Of a DNA stretch of 32,000 nucleotides, positions 8,819 to 17,789 are shown in pieces. The stretch is from contig OY970071.1 of assembly GCA_963705375.1 (NCBI GenBank), positions 1,050,001 to 1,082,000 of the forward strand. The letters run 5' to 3'. The translations under genes were made by a program, and so were the position numbers. Within the stretch, counting starts at the first letter, position 1. Each line of letters starts with the position of its first letter. Below the pieces are notes generated by a model that saw only the letters and a program-made list of their open reading frames with translations, was not told where the DNA came from and did no database searches. The stretch is from Candidatus Saccharimonadota bacterium. Lineage in GTDB: Archaea; Micrarchaeota; Micrarchaeia; Micrarchaeales; Micrarchaeaceae.

Positions 8819-10033
8819 ATGAAAGATCAAAACGTACTGAAGCAGAGCGTCATCAACATAGGCACCTTGGGCCACATAGACCACGGTAAGACCTCTCTGA
8901 CAAGGGCCATAACTGGTGTGTGGACCGACCGCCACAGCGAGAGCATAAAGCGCAACATGACTATAAAGCTGGGTTATGCTGATGCTGTGATAAAGATCTG
9001 CAGGAAGTGCGATGAGTATACTGTGGGCGACACCTGCAAGCAGTGCGGAGGGACTCCTGAGCCTCTAAAGCGCATATCCCTTCTTGATGCACCAGGGCAC
9101 GAGACTCTCATGGCCACGGCAATAGCCGGTTCCAGCGTCATTGATGCCATACTGTTCGTGATAGCTGCTAATGAGCAGTGCCCGATGCAGCAGACCAAGG
9201 AACACCTTATGATAATCAACGTTTTGGGAATAAAGAATGTGATAATCGTCCAGACCAAGATAGACATAGTGGGCAAAGAAGCCGCAATCGCGCATTACAA
9301 GCAGATACGTGCTTTCGTAAAAGGCTCAATAATAGAAAATGCGCCTGTGATACCTGTTATGTCCAACCTTGGCATAAATCTTGACATTCTGCTGCGCAAG
9401 ATGGCCGAGATACCTGTTCCTGAAAGGGACACGGCATCGGATCCTCTCATGTATGTTGTGAGGTCTTTTGACGTCAACAGGCCTGGGGCTGATGCGACAA
9501 AGCTTGTTGGCGGGGTAATCGGCGGTGCGATCATAAAGGGTACGATCAAAAACAACGACGAGATCGAGATAAGGCCCGGATTCAAGCACGAGAAGATGAA
9601 GAAGGAGAGCTACGAGCCGATATTCACGGTTATAAGGGGCATCACCAACGGCACTGACCCGGTAACCCAAGCGACTCCCGGTGGCCTGATAGCACTCTCC
9701 ACCGAAGTCGATCCTGCATTCACGAAAGCGGACAGCCTTGTGGGCAACGCTGTCGGTCTTGTTGGCAAGCTGCCGCCGGTTGTGAACAGCATCTCAATGA
9801 AATATTTCAAGCTTGCAAGAGATGACGTTCCAGAGCAACGCATAACAGAGAACGAATCGCTCATACTTGGGATCGCGACAGCCACTGCTCTGGGCTATGT
9901 CAAGAGCGCCAAGAAGGATGTTATCGAGGTGGAGTTCAAGAGGCCGCTCTGCATTCCGAACACAATGAAAATAGCAGTGATGCGCAACATTGCACACAGG
10001 TGGCGCCTCACGGGTTACGGACAGATTATATGA
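8819..10033 (+). CDS. eif2g: Translation initiation factor aIF2 gamma subunit
   Basis: GHIDHGKTS, a zinc knuckle (CRKCDEYTVGDTCKQCG), DAPGHE and QTKID. The start is ATG 8819. The rps6e-eif2g order is conserved in archaea. Confidence 0.95.
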   Translation: MKDQNVLKQSVINIGTLGHIDHGKTSLTRAITGVWTDRHSESIKRNMTIKLGYADAVIKICRKCDEYTVGDTCKQCGGTPEPLKRISLLDAPGHETLMATAIAGSSVIDAILFVIAANEQCPMQQTKEHLMIINVLGIKNVIIVQTKIDIVGKEAAIAHYKQIRAFVKGSIIENAPVIPVMSNLGINLDILLRKMAEIPVPERDTASDPLMYVVRSFDVNRPGADATKLVGGVIGGAIIKGTIKNNDEIEIRPGFKHEKMKKESYEPIFTVIRGITNGTDPVTQATPGGLIALSTEVDPAFTKADSLVGNAVGLVGKLPPVVNSISMKYFKLARDDVPEQRITENESLILGIATATALGYVKSAKKDVIEVEFKRPLCIPNTMKIAVMRNIAHRWRLTGYGQII

Positions 10034-10413
10034 GGATATCTCAGATAATGGACCGGCACTTGGTTGCTGTGTCTCCAAGCACAAGCATAGGCAGTGCGGA
10101 AAAACTGATGAAGAATTCGAATGTCGACCTTCTTCTTGTCCTGCAAGACGGAAAGCTTGTTGGTATCGTCGCAGGGGCTGCCTTTGCAGGCATTTCTGGC
10201 GGCGCGTCCACTGCTCCGGTGCGCAGCATGATGCATGAACCGTGGTGCATGGAGGAGTCGAGCAGCGTAAACGACGCAGTGAAGTATGTAATCGAGCATA
10301 ACCTTAGCAGGCTGCCCATAGTATCGTCAAAAAAAAGCATGCAGTGTACGGGCACTGTCGGCTCAACGGAACTTGTGCGCGCAAAAAAGCAGGAAGACGC
10401 AACCGGCAAGTAA
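10030..10413 (+). CDS. CBS-domain pair protein
   Basis: ATG 10030 overlaps the aIF2-gamma stop (ATGA). The sequence MRISQIMDRHLVAVSPSTSIGSAEKLMKNSNVDLLLVLQDGKLVGIV ... AVKYVIEHNLSRLPIV is typical of tandem CBS motifs. Confidence 0.8.
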   Translation: MRISQIMDRHLVAVSPSTSIGSAEKLMKNSNVDLLLVLQDGKLVGIVAGAAFAGISGGASTAPVRSMMHEPWCMEESSSVNDAVKYVIEHNLSRLPIVSSKKSMQCTGTVGSTELVRAKKQEDATGK

Positions 10414-10421
10414 GCAGATCG

Positions 10422-10721
10422 TCACTTGCAAAGGGTTATGCGTATGGCGCTGATCTTGAACTTTGTGCCGTCCTCCCCTGTGACTTCCTCCGATGATGTC
10501 TGTATGCCCTTCTCCTTAAGGTTAGGCATGAATCTGTTGACAACAATCTCTTTGACATCCACTGCTCTTGAGATTGCATTGCCTCTGGCTTTTATCATGA
10601 CTTCTGGCATTCCATTGTTGAACTGCGTTACCACTGCTAGGACGTAATTCATTGTTGGCTTCTTGCCTATGTAAACCACGTTCTCCGGTTTTGCTTCTAG
10701 TTCGTTTGTCATTTCTGCCAT
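10422..10721 (-). CDS. albA: Chromatin protein Alba (Sac10b family)
   Basis: Within ORF 10422..10901; the likely start is ATG 10721 ([34 protein letters not shown]...[18 protein letters not shown]). Confidence 0.9.
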   Translation of the reverse strand: MAEMTNELEAKPENVVYIGKKPTMNYVLAVVTQFNNGMPEVMIKARGNAISRAVDVKEIVVNRFMPNLKEKGIQTSSEEVTGEDGTKFKISAIRITLCK

Positions 10722-10886
10722 TTGATCACTTGTATGTGTATTGGCGATACTTCTCACCATCGTTTTATATGCCTTGCTAAAAGCGCAAATGGCACGCAAA
10801 TACGTCGCCTGTCCTGCGGCAGCATATTCGCAGCTGCACAGGAAGAAATTTATATCTGAATAAATCGATGCATCTCGAGTGATTCT

Positions 10887-11528
10887 GTGAATAATAGACA
10901 TTTCAAATCCGATTCCGAAGCTGATCCAAAGGAAGCAGCTCTTAATAGAGTCCGCGAGGCGTTGAAATTTGCAAGAGTTGATGAAGACAAATCCGCAGAG
11001 ATAATGGAGTTATTGAACTCTCCTTTCTTTTTGCCGTCATTCGATGTCGATTCTGAAAACTGGATAAAAGTTTACAGGCGTTCCTGGGCAGAAGCGGAGG
11101 CTGATGCGGCAAAGGCAATCCAAAATAAGAGCAACGTCGTAGATATCGTCACAGAATTCAAGCCTATGATGACTGTTGCTCTAGACGCGTTAGTGCGCAA
11201 CGAAGGCAAAGCAGTTGCTATTGCGCTGAATAATGTGGTGGCACGCACCGGGCAGGCCCTGTCCATTATCTTAAGCGAAACTGCACAGAGTGCTGACTGC
11301 TCTGTGAGTAGTATGAATGCAGTCGCACATATAGTGGCGTTTGGGGTTAGCTATTTGCTAGTTCCAACTATAGGTTTTGAGGGCAAAAAAGAGCTGTTTG
11401 ATTGTATTGTTGAGAAGTGCCTGCCTGCGGTGAAGGCTGGTCTTGTTCCACTATACTATAACAAAGAGACACATGTCGTATATGTCTGCGGACTGCAGGG
11501 CAATGCTCCAGACGTTCTAAGAGACTAA
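10887..11528 (+). CDS. Hypothetical protein (213 aa, predicted mostly helical)
   Basis: Long ORF with a GTG start, divergent from albA. I recognised no motif. The start codon is uncertain. Confidence 0.45.
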   Translation: MNNRHFKSDSEADPKEAALNRVREALKFARVDEDKSAEIMELLNSPFFLPSFDVDSENWIKVYRRSWAEAEADAAKAIQNKSNVVDIVTEFKPMMTVALDALVRNEGKAVAIALNNVVARTGQALSIILSETAQSADCSVSSMNAVAHIVAFGVSYLLVPTIGFEGKKELFDCIVEKCLPAVKAGLVPLYYNKETHVVYVCGLQGNAPDVLRD

Positions 11529-11645
11529 GAATGAACCTGTCACGGTCGTGCCCTCTGCGCCGTTATCCTTTGGTTGGCCCCAAACGCAAAAGGTTCATCA
11601 TATTCTTTCTGGCTGCATTCCTGACGCCCACGTCCTCGTCACTCC

Positions 11646-11874
11646 GGCTTAATGTCCCTAGCACGTCCTATGTCGTGTGCGGATTACACGCAACCTCCCA
11701 CCTGACCGGTGTGTAGTTATCATGACTTAATATCACCAATGCATCCTATGTCGTGTGCGGATTACACGCAACCTCCCACCTGACCGGTGTGTAGTTATCA
11801 TGACTTAATATCACCAATGCATCCTCTGGCGTGTGCGGATTATGCGCAACCCCTTGCCTGACATACTTGGGTGT
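11646..11874. repeat. 78-bp tandem repeat, two identical copies flanked by degenerate partial copies
   Basis: Copies 11666-11743 and 11744-11821 are identical base for base (tcctatgtcgtgtgcggattacacgcaacctcccacctgaccggtgtgtagttatcatgacttaatatcaccaatgca). A diverged third copy starts at 11822. A degenerate partial copy (ggcttaatgtccctagcacg) precedes at 11646. Confidence 0.9.
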
Positions 11875-12131
11875 TTTAAGAATAAGTTTAACTGCGCATA
11901 ATGTGCCTGATTTGTCAACACTATGATTACGCCGCCAATCATGTCTGCTCTATTTGCCCTTCGGCTGACCTGACTCTTTCTTAGTTAGGCCTGTACTGGT
12001 ATTGGTGGGTTCATAGTGCTTTTCTGCCCTTCAGTACGAAATAAGCCGCGATTACTCCTATGATGGAAAGTATTGCGCTTGAAAAAAAAGTCACCAAGAT
12101 TCTATAGAGTTTATTCTTAGGGCAAGAATAC

Positions 12132-12149
12132 CACGACCTTTAGGTCGTG
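12132..12149 (+). repeat. Left-end hairpin cacgacc-ttta-ggtcgtg
   Basis: Perfect 7-bp stem with a 4-nt loop, about 100 nt upstream of tnpA. Confidence 0.7.
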
Positions 12150-12250
12150 AATGAATTGCACAGTTACTGAAATACTTTTCCTGTAGATTTCTGCGTAAGG
12201 CAGCCGCGGCACGGAAAAATTTGCGCCGCAAACTGCCGATACGTGATAAC

Positions 12251-12703
12251 ATGAATAGTGGAACCGCTGCAAATAAAGAACCATCTGCCGACAGCGTCGG
12301 TCATCAATACAACTTCCAGCACCTTGTCTTCGTTACGAAGTACCGATACAAGATGTTCAAGAACCCGAAAACCGTGGCGGCAATACGTGGTGCCCTCTAC
12401 AACGTTGCAGAAAGGTACAAGATCTCAATAAAGGAAATGTCATTTGGCGATGATTACGCACACATACATCTCGAAACAGGCATTCCAAATACAATGTCGA
12501 TTGCAACTGCAGTACAACTGCTGAAGGGATATTCGTCGTATGTGGTTTTCAAGGAAATACCTAACCATAGGCTGCGGTATCTGCAAGGTCACTTCTGGAG
12601 TGCAGGATACAGCAACGGAAGTGTTGGGCCTCGCGACGAGAAGACGGTACAGAATTACATCAGGAGGCAAGACGTATCCTGTCAGATGACGCTCGCGGCG
12701 TGA
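12251..12703 (+). CDS. tnpA: IS200/IS605-family Y1 (HUH) transposase TnpA
   Basis: Within ORF 12221..12703; ATG at 12251. Motifs are HLVFVTKYRYKMF, the HUH motif HIHLE, LKGYSSY, FWSAGY and a C-terminal Tyr region (TVQNYIRRQ). Confidence 0.88.
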   Translation: MNSGTAANKEPSADSVGHQYNFQHLVFVTKYRYKMFKNPKTVAAIRGALYNVAERYKISIKEMSFGDDYAHIHLETGIPNTMSIATAVQLLKGYSSYVVFKEIPNHRLRYLQGHFWSAGYSNGSVGPRDEKTVQNYIRRQDVSCQMTLAA

Positions 12704-12945
12704 TGAGATACTGCGGGCTTTAGCCCGCAGAGAAGGTCATTATCCGGATTTTTCTTAAAACCAAAAAAGCCAACACCGAATAGGATTATGACTATCGCTG
12801 CGTATATGAAAAAGATGCCGAATAGTCCGTGTACAAAGTTGCTTGCATAATTCACAGCATATTCCACTACCATTCCTAATATGGCGATGATGGCGAAGCT
12901 TGCCATGCTCATCTTAGTGGTGGCCATCGAAGAGGTTTTTTCCAT
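12682..12945 (-). CDS. Small membrane protein (two predicted TM helices), 3' end possibly remodelled by the IS200-like element
   Basis: 87-aa ORF with hydrophobic runs (FAIIAILGMVVEYAV; LFGIFFIYAAIVIILFGVGFFGF). Its last roughly 17 codons are translated from the IS right-end hairpin and the tnpA 3' end. Confidence 0.45.
   Translation of the reverse strand: MEKTSSMATTKMSMASFAIIAILGMVVEYAVNYASNFVHGLFGIFFIYAAIVIILFGVGFFGFKKNPDNDLLCGLKPAVSHHAASVI
12711..12730 (+). repeat. Right-end hairpin ctgcgggc-ttta-gcccgcag
   Basis: Perfect 8-bp stem with a 4-nt loop, 8 nt after the tnpA stop. Confidence 0.7.
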
Positions 12946-13080
12946 GCTATTGATACAACATATGCTAATTAAAACCTTCGTGCAGTTTCACAGGCAGGAT
13001 GGGCTCGGCTTATGCCAGGCACTTCATTTCATGTATGAAGACCACAATATTGCAGTGTAAGACTTCCAAAAGAACCTCAT

Positions 13081-14010
13081 TTAGTTGGGCTTCGCAGACT
13101 TTTGCATGCCGCTCCTCCGTTTGAGCGCAGCGACGTTCCTCTTGATGTTCTCGACCTCCTTGTTGATGTCTACGTCGACTCCCATCTCTTTCAGTGCGTG
13201 GAACGGGTACGCTATCGCAATCTCGCTCAGCAGCTTTACTTCCGGCTCTATTCCTGATTTAGTGGCCATCTGCATGTTTGCGCTTATCGAGTAAAGCACT
13301 CTGGAGAGTATGTTGCGCGTTAGCTCTAGTACGTGGTCGTCCTGCATCTCATCGCCGTGGATTATGCGTATCGCTTCCTCGCACTCCCACAACGCTTCGG
13401 AATCCTGAAATGCCTTTCTGAAGTTGCGCATGAACTCCGGCGCTGCGGGATAGAACACTTTGTAGAACATGATGCCGAAAGCGCTCGCATATGCGCCTCG
13501 AAGCACTATCGCAGCAGCTATGATCCTGTCGTTCCATGACTTCATGCTTTCAACATAGTCAAAGACGTCCATGATCTCTTTCGGCGTGTCTCCTATTTTG
13601 TAGCCAAGGCCTTCAATCAGGTTCTTTATCGCTCTCGCATGTCTTTTGTCTGCTGTGGCCGTATTGTGGAAATGCTCGGAGTACGCTTGGTTCGGCTCAG
13701 AGGATCTCATCGACCAAACAGCGTACATCTCTGCCATGCGCTCCTCGCCGCAATATAACAGGTTCAGGACGCGCAGTATGTATGCCATCCTTATGCGCAG
13801 GCCATTAGGCAGGCGCACGTACTCTTTCGTGACCTCTCCCTTCTTGCGCTTCGTGTCTATGAAGCTCAGCGCGAACTTCACTGCGCTCACGGGGTGCGTC
13901 ATCGCATGCTTGAATATGTAGGGGCGCACCCAATCCGGCACGTTGTACTTATCGAGCGCCTTGCCTACGATATACCTTGGCAGAAACCATTCACATGCCT
14001 TCTTTTTCAT
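13081..14010 (-). CDS. Hypothetical protein, possibly a ferritin-like helical bundle; last gene of the PadR-ABC operon
   Basis: This is the lower part of track ORF 13081..14247. ATG 14010 (MKKKACEWFLPRYIV) sits in an ATGA overlap with the stop that the upstream surface protein would use in the +1 frame. It contains GEERMAEMY...SEHFH (an E...ExxH-like element). No confident family assignment. Confidence 0.5.
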   Translation of the reverse strand: MKKKACEWFLPRYIVGKALDKYNVPDWVRPYIFKHAMTHPVSAVKFALSFIDTKRKKGEVTKEYVRLPNGLRIRMAYILRVLNLLYCGEERMAEMYAVWSMRSSEPNQAYSEHFHNTATADKRHARAIKNLIEGLGYKIGDTPKEIMDVFDYVESMKSWNDRIIAAAIVLRGAYASAFGIMFYKVFYPAAPEFMRNFRKAFQDSEALWECEEAIRIIHGDEMQDDHVLELTRNILSRVLYSISANMQMATKSGIEPEVKLLSEIAIAYPFHALKEMGVDVDINKEVENIKRNVAALKRRSGMQKSAKPN

Positions 14011-15234
14011 TCCTTTTTCTTTTTCGGCGCTCTTCTTCTCGAATAATGCGAACACTGCTATTATGGCTACTGCTGCAACTGCGGCAACATAGATCCATAT
14101 GTTTGCTCCAGAGCTTCCATACGTTGTGATGAAGTAGTTGTTCGAGCCAGAGAATTGCTGGTTCACTGCGCCGTTTGGCTGCTTCCACTGCTCGTACAGC
14201 GTTACTGGATAGTTGCCAGGAACGCCGTGTGTGTCAACGCTGACCATGAAGTTACGTTGGCAGAGGCGCCGGCCGGCAGATCGCTTATGTATGCCGTGCT
14301 TGCTACAGGCGTTATCGGATAGCTAGTCTCAAGCGAAAGCTGCATCTGTTTTGCGTCACTTGTCCCTGTGTTTGTGATCACAAAACTTACAGGAACATCT
14401 GTTGCGCCTGTCGTGATTGTTGAACTCTGTGATATCTATGCCGAACTGCGCAGCTGGGGCAACCGAGAGGTTCACTGTCTTCAGTGCTGTAGAATAGCTG
14501 GTTGAGGCTGGACGAGTGTACGTTATGCTTGCCAGGAGGCTTGTCCTGCCTGTGCTGTTGGCCGAGACAAGTACTGGCTCTATAACGCTTGAGCCTCTGG
14601 TCAGGTTTGGTATGAGGAATGTTGTCACAGAGCTCAGGATGGTTAATCCGTGTTGACCTGCTACCGAAACGCTCACATTCCTTGCTGTGCCATAGCCCGT
14701 GTTCTCCACCACCAGATTTACTGTCTGGTTGTATCCTGAGTAGAGTGCAGAGGGCTGCGCGCTTGATGCCATCACCGTTATCGTTGGCCTGTTCTGCACA
14801 TAGAAGCTGACTGGCATCGAGGCTGTGCCCACGACTATGCCTGAAATGCCGCTGTACACGTAATATGTTGCAACAAAGTTAAGCGTGTATGACCCGCTTG
14901 GAGTTGTTGCCGGTACCGCAATAGTGTAGTTGTAGTAGTTGCTGTCCAGGCCTGGATTAACAGTGCCTAGTATCCTGCTGCTAAGTGGAGAAACGTTAAG
15001 CAATGGGTAGCTGCTTTCTGGCTGAATGTTTGTGTTGTACAGCCAGTAGTCGTATGAATCGTAAACCTGGAACTTTATATTTGCATTTTCTCCTGCGACA
15101 ACCGGGTTTGGAGACACTGATACGTTCGCAAAAGTGAGTGCACCTGCGTACTGCGCGCTAGCCATGCCACTCAGCATCACTGCTGTTGCAAAGACCATGA
15201 ACAAAGTTTTTGTTCTCATTCGTTTCACCAACAA
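14007..15234 (-). pseudogene. COG1361/CARDB-like cell-surface protein with signal peptide and C-terminal TM anchor, frame-disrupted two or three times as sequenced
   Basis: ORF 14356..15234 has a signal peptide (MRTKTLFMVFATAVMLSGMASA) and repeated NTGxxxARNVSVSV-type modules. The domain continues in another frame (SQSSTITTGATDVPVSFVITNTGTSDAKQMQLSLETSYPITPVASTAYISDLPAGASANV). It then continues in the frame of ORF 13081..14247 (MVSVDTHGVPGNYPVTLYEQW...IWIYVAAVAAVAIIAVFALF). A tail RRRAPKKKKE-stop is available in the +1 frame, ending at 14007. Confidence 0.7.
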
Positions 15235-15247
15235 TTATCTTATTTTA

Positions 15248-16369
15248 TCATGATATCTGGTTGCTTGTGTCCTTGAATCCGATGAATGCCAATATCTGCA
15301 TAATCGCGCCAAATGCGAGCAGTATCAGCGATACTGATACCAGCGTTGATGTTGGCAGGGATCCCTTTATCATCACATCTCTTACTGCGTCAACAGCGTA
15401 CGCTAGCGGGTTGACCGTGACTATTGGCTGGAGAAATGCCGGCAGCAGTGCCGTAGGCACAAACGCACCTCCAAGAAAGGAGAGTGGCATGATTATTGTC
15501 TGGCTTACAAGCGCGTATGTCTGAAGCTGCTTGGCTCTCGTAGCGAGCGCAATCGCCATGGCGCTGAAGCCGAAGCCCACTAGGAATATTATCCAGATGA
15601 GCTCAAAGAATCCAACAATTCCTGCCGCTATGGTTGCACCGTACATTAGTCCAATCACAAGGCCCACAAAGGCCGAGAAGAATGACTGGAATGTTCCATA
15701 GAGTATCTTGCTTAGTATTATTGCAAACTTGTTTATCGGAGTGGTCAGGAATGCCTTTAGATTTCCGAGTTCCCTGTCGCTCAGCAAGGTGAAGCCTGCG
15801 CTGAACACTGCGCCGAATGAGACCACCATTACAAGCAGCCCGCCAACTACGGAGCTGATGTAGTTGCTGCCGGCTCCATAGGCATAGTTGGTGATCACGG
15901 ACACAAGGTTCTGACTGCCTATGCGGCTCAATGCAGTCCTTGCGCCGAACTGTGCCGCTACAGCGTCAATATCTGCGCTTGCGACCTCAGAGGACTGTGG
16001 CTGTGAGTTGTCAAGATAAACGTAAATGCTTGAGCCTGTGATGTGCTGTGTGAAGCCTACCGGGATAACGACCACTGCTGCTACGGCGCTCTTGGAAAGA
16101 AGCACCATTGCCTGCTGCTGTGTCGTGGCGCTTACGACCTTGACGTTGTTTCCAGACTGCAGCGCGTTTATGAAGTTGAGCGCTCCAAGCCCGTTGTCAT
16201 AGTTCACCACCGCGATGGGCACATTCTTTGGGGAGCTGCCGAAGCTTCCAAGTACCAGTATGAATATTAGTGGAAACATAAGGGTCCTGACAATGTTCGT
16301 TGTTATGTTTTTCTTGAATATCAGCATCTCCCTGAGAAAAAGGGTGTATGTGTCTTCAAGTAGGCTCAT
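15248..16369 (-). CDS. ABC-2 type transporter permease
   Basis: 373-aa ORF with an N-terminal TM, a large extracytoplasmic loop and five C-terminal TM helices. Its start lies 1 nt after the ATPase stop. Confidence 0.85.
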   Translation of the reverse strand: MSLLEDTYTLFLREMLIFKKNITTNIVRTLMFPLIFILVLGSFGSSPKNVPIAVVNYDNGLGALNFINALQSGNNVKVVSATTQQQAMVLLSKSAVAAVVVIPVGFTQHITGSSIYVYLDNSQPQSSEVASADIDAVAAQFGARTALSRIGSQNLVSVITNYAYGAGSNYISSVVGGLLVMVVSFGAVFSAGFTLLSDRELGNLKAFLTTPINKFAIILSKILYGTFQSFFSAFVGLVIGLMYGATIAAGIVGFFELIWIIFLVGFGFSAMAIALATRAKQLQTYALVSQTIIMPLSFLGGAFVPTALLPAFLQPIVTVNPLAYAVDAVRDVMIKGSLPTSTLVSVSLILLAFGAIMQILAFIGFKDTSNQIS

Positions 16370-16370
16370 C

Positions 16371-17364
16371 TTATCTACCTCTCCTCATCATCATGCTCCT
16401 TCCACTTTGGTAGTCTACTGCCTCGTCCCTCACTTCCGAACCCGTCAGCTTAAGGAACACATCGTCTATTGTCGGTTCATGCATGCTTATGTTGTGTATC
16501 GTAATCCTGCTTGACGAGATGACCTTCATTAATGCTTCTATCTTGGCTATTGCACTGCTTCCACCTGAAGCTACTACCTTGTTTGTTAGGAGCTGCGGCT
16601 CTAGCCCTACTTTTTTGAAAGCCGCGGCGACCTTTGAAAGGTCTTCCTTGTCTGCAGAGATCTCTATCACGCTGCTCATGCCTATCTTCTGCCTCAGCTC
16701 TGTAGGGGTTCCCATCGCTATCAACTTGCCATGGTCTATCACGCCTATCCTGTTGCAAAGCTGATCCGCCTCTTCCAGGTATTGCGTTGTAAGCAATATC
16801 GTTACGCCCTGCTTCTCGTTTATGTCCCTTAGTACGCCCCACATCTTTGCCCTGTTCTGAATATCGAGCCCTGTAGTTGGCTCGTCCAGCAGCAGTATTT
16901 TTGGTGCGTGCATCAGAGACTTTGCAGTCTCAAGCCTTCTTTTCATTCCTCCAGAGTATGTGCCTGCGTACGCGTTCCTGAAATCGGTCAGGTCTGCAAG
17001 CTCCAACGCAAAGTCTATGTCCTCGCTGCAGTTCTGACTTCGGGATGTGATAAAGCATGCCGAAAATCATCAGGTTCTGCTCTCCTGTCAATTCTGGTTC
17101 AACTACCGTTTCCTGTGTTACTATCCCAATCTCATTCTTGACCTTTTCCGGATTCTTGTGCATGTCTGTGCCGTTCACAACAATCTTGCCAGACGTGGGC
17201 TTGAGCAAACCGAGAATCATGTTTATTGTGGTGCTCTTTCCTGCGCCGTTAGGCCCTAACAACCCGAATATTTCCCCTTTCTTGATGTTGAGGCTGACAT
17301 CATTCACTGCCGTCAAGTCGCCGAACTTCTTGAAAAGGTCCTTTATCTCTATTATGTTCTCCAA
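16371..17364 (-). pseudogene. ABC transporter ATP-binding protein, one +1 frame disruption as sequenced
   Basis: The N-terminal fragment 16930..17364 has Walker A (GLLGPNGAGKST). The C-terminal fragment 16371..17006 has the signature YSGGMKRRL and Walker B ILLLDEPTTGLD. The frames join at about 17021-17022 (PKSELQR/DIDFALELADL). Confidence 0.9.
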
Positions 17365-17368
17365 GCCA

Positions 17369-17734
17369 CTACCTTGTTATCTCTATCAGGTTCTTTACTG
17401 AGCTTCTCAATATCTTTCTGGTCTGCCTTAACACAGTCCTGCCGCTTTTGGTTATGGAATAATATTTCTTGAGGCGTCCGCCCTCAATGCGTGCATCCAT
17501 CTTGATGTACCCTGATTTCTCAAGTGCCTTCACCGTGTTGTATATGTCGTTTTTGGCGTTCATGCCATGGTGCTTGAGGTGTTTGAGGAAGTTGCTCTTG
17601 GCTCCAAGTTCCTTGAGCAGCGCATAAGAGTAGACCTCTTTCCGTCCTATACGTTTGAGCAGCACAAGCTTTAGCGCTATGCTCTGGACTCCCTTGCTGA
17701 GAAAGGTGTGGCTGAAATCGTCTTTATCCGTCAT
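17369..17734 (-). CDS. PadR-family winged-helix transcriptional regulator
   Basis: ORF 17369..17737 has a TTG at 17737 and an ATG at 17734. The sequence SYALLKELGAKS...IYNTVKALEKSGYIKMDARIEGGRLKKYYSITKSGR fits the PadR pattern. It is the first gene of the ABC operon. Confidence 0.85.
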   Translation of the reverse strand: MTDKDDFSHTFLSKGVQSIALKLVLLKRIGRKEVYSYALLKELGAKSNFLKHLKHHGMNAKNDIYNTVKALEKSGYIKMDARIEGGRLKKYYSITKSGRTVLRQTRKILRSSVKNLIEITR

Positions 17735-17745
17735 CAATACCAGAT

Positions 17746-17761
17746 AGTTTAGACTTAAACT
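17746..17761. promoter_or_regulatory. Inverted repeat agttta-gact-taaact just upstream of the PadR gene; candidate autoregulatory operator
   Basis: A 6-bp perfect inverted repeat with a 4-bp spacer, 12 nt upstream of the padR start. An AT-rich tatttaaat lies at about 17783-17791. Confidence 0.3.
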
Positions 17762-17789
17762 ATAGTAGTTTCAAACCAAAAGTATTTAA

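Larger units (their letters stand above)
12100..12740 (+). mobile_element. IS200-like insertion sequence (IS200/IS605 family, tnpA only); boundaries approximate
   Basis: A Y1/HUH transposase gene is flanked by perfect subterminal hairpins. Both hairpins have TTTA loops (12132-12149 and 12711-12730). Confidence 0.75.

Noticed and set aside
11531-11716. 61-aa ORF entering the tandem repeat, and a tRNA-like reading of 11531-11598
   Set aside because: The ORF is arbitrary sequence running into a repeat. The 8-bp terminal inverted repeat could mimic an acceptor stem, but no D-arm, anticodon arm or T-arm (GTTCRA-type) can be placed.
11646-11874. CRISPR array interpretation of the 78-bp repeats
   Set aside because: Whole units, including what would be spacers, are identical. 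There is no repeat/unique-spacer alternation and there are no cas genes in the window.
13081-14247. 388-aa ORF taken as one protein
   Set aside because: Its N-terminal 70 aa are the C-terminal domain and TM anchor of the upstream surface protein. An internal ATG in an ATGA overlap marks the true downstream gene.
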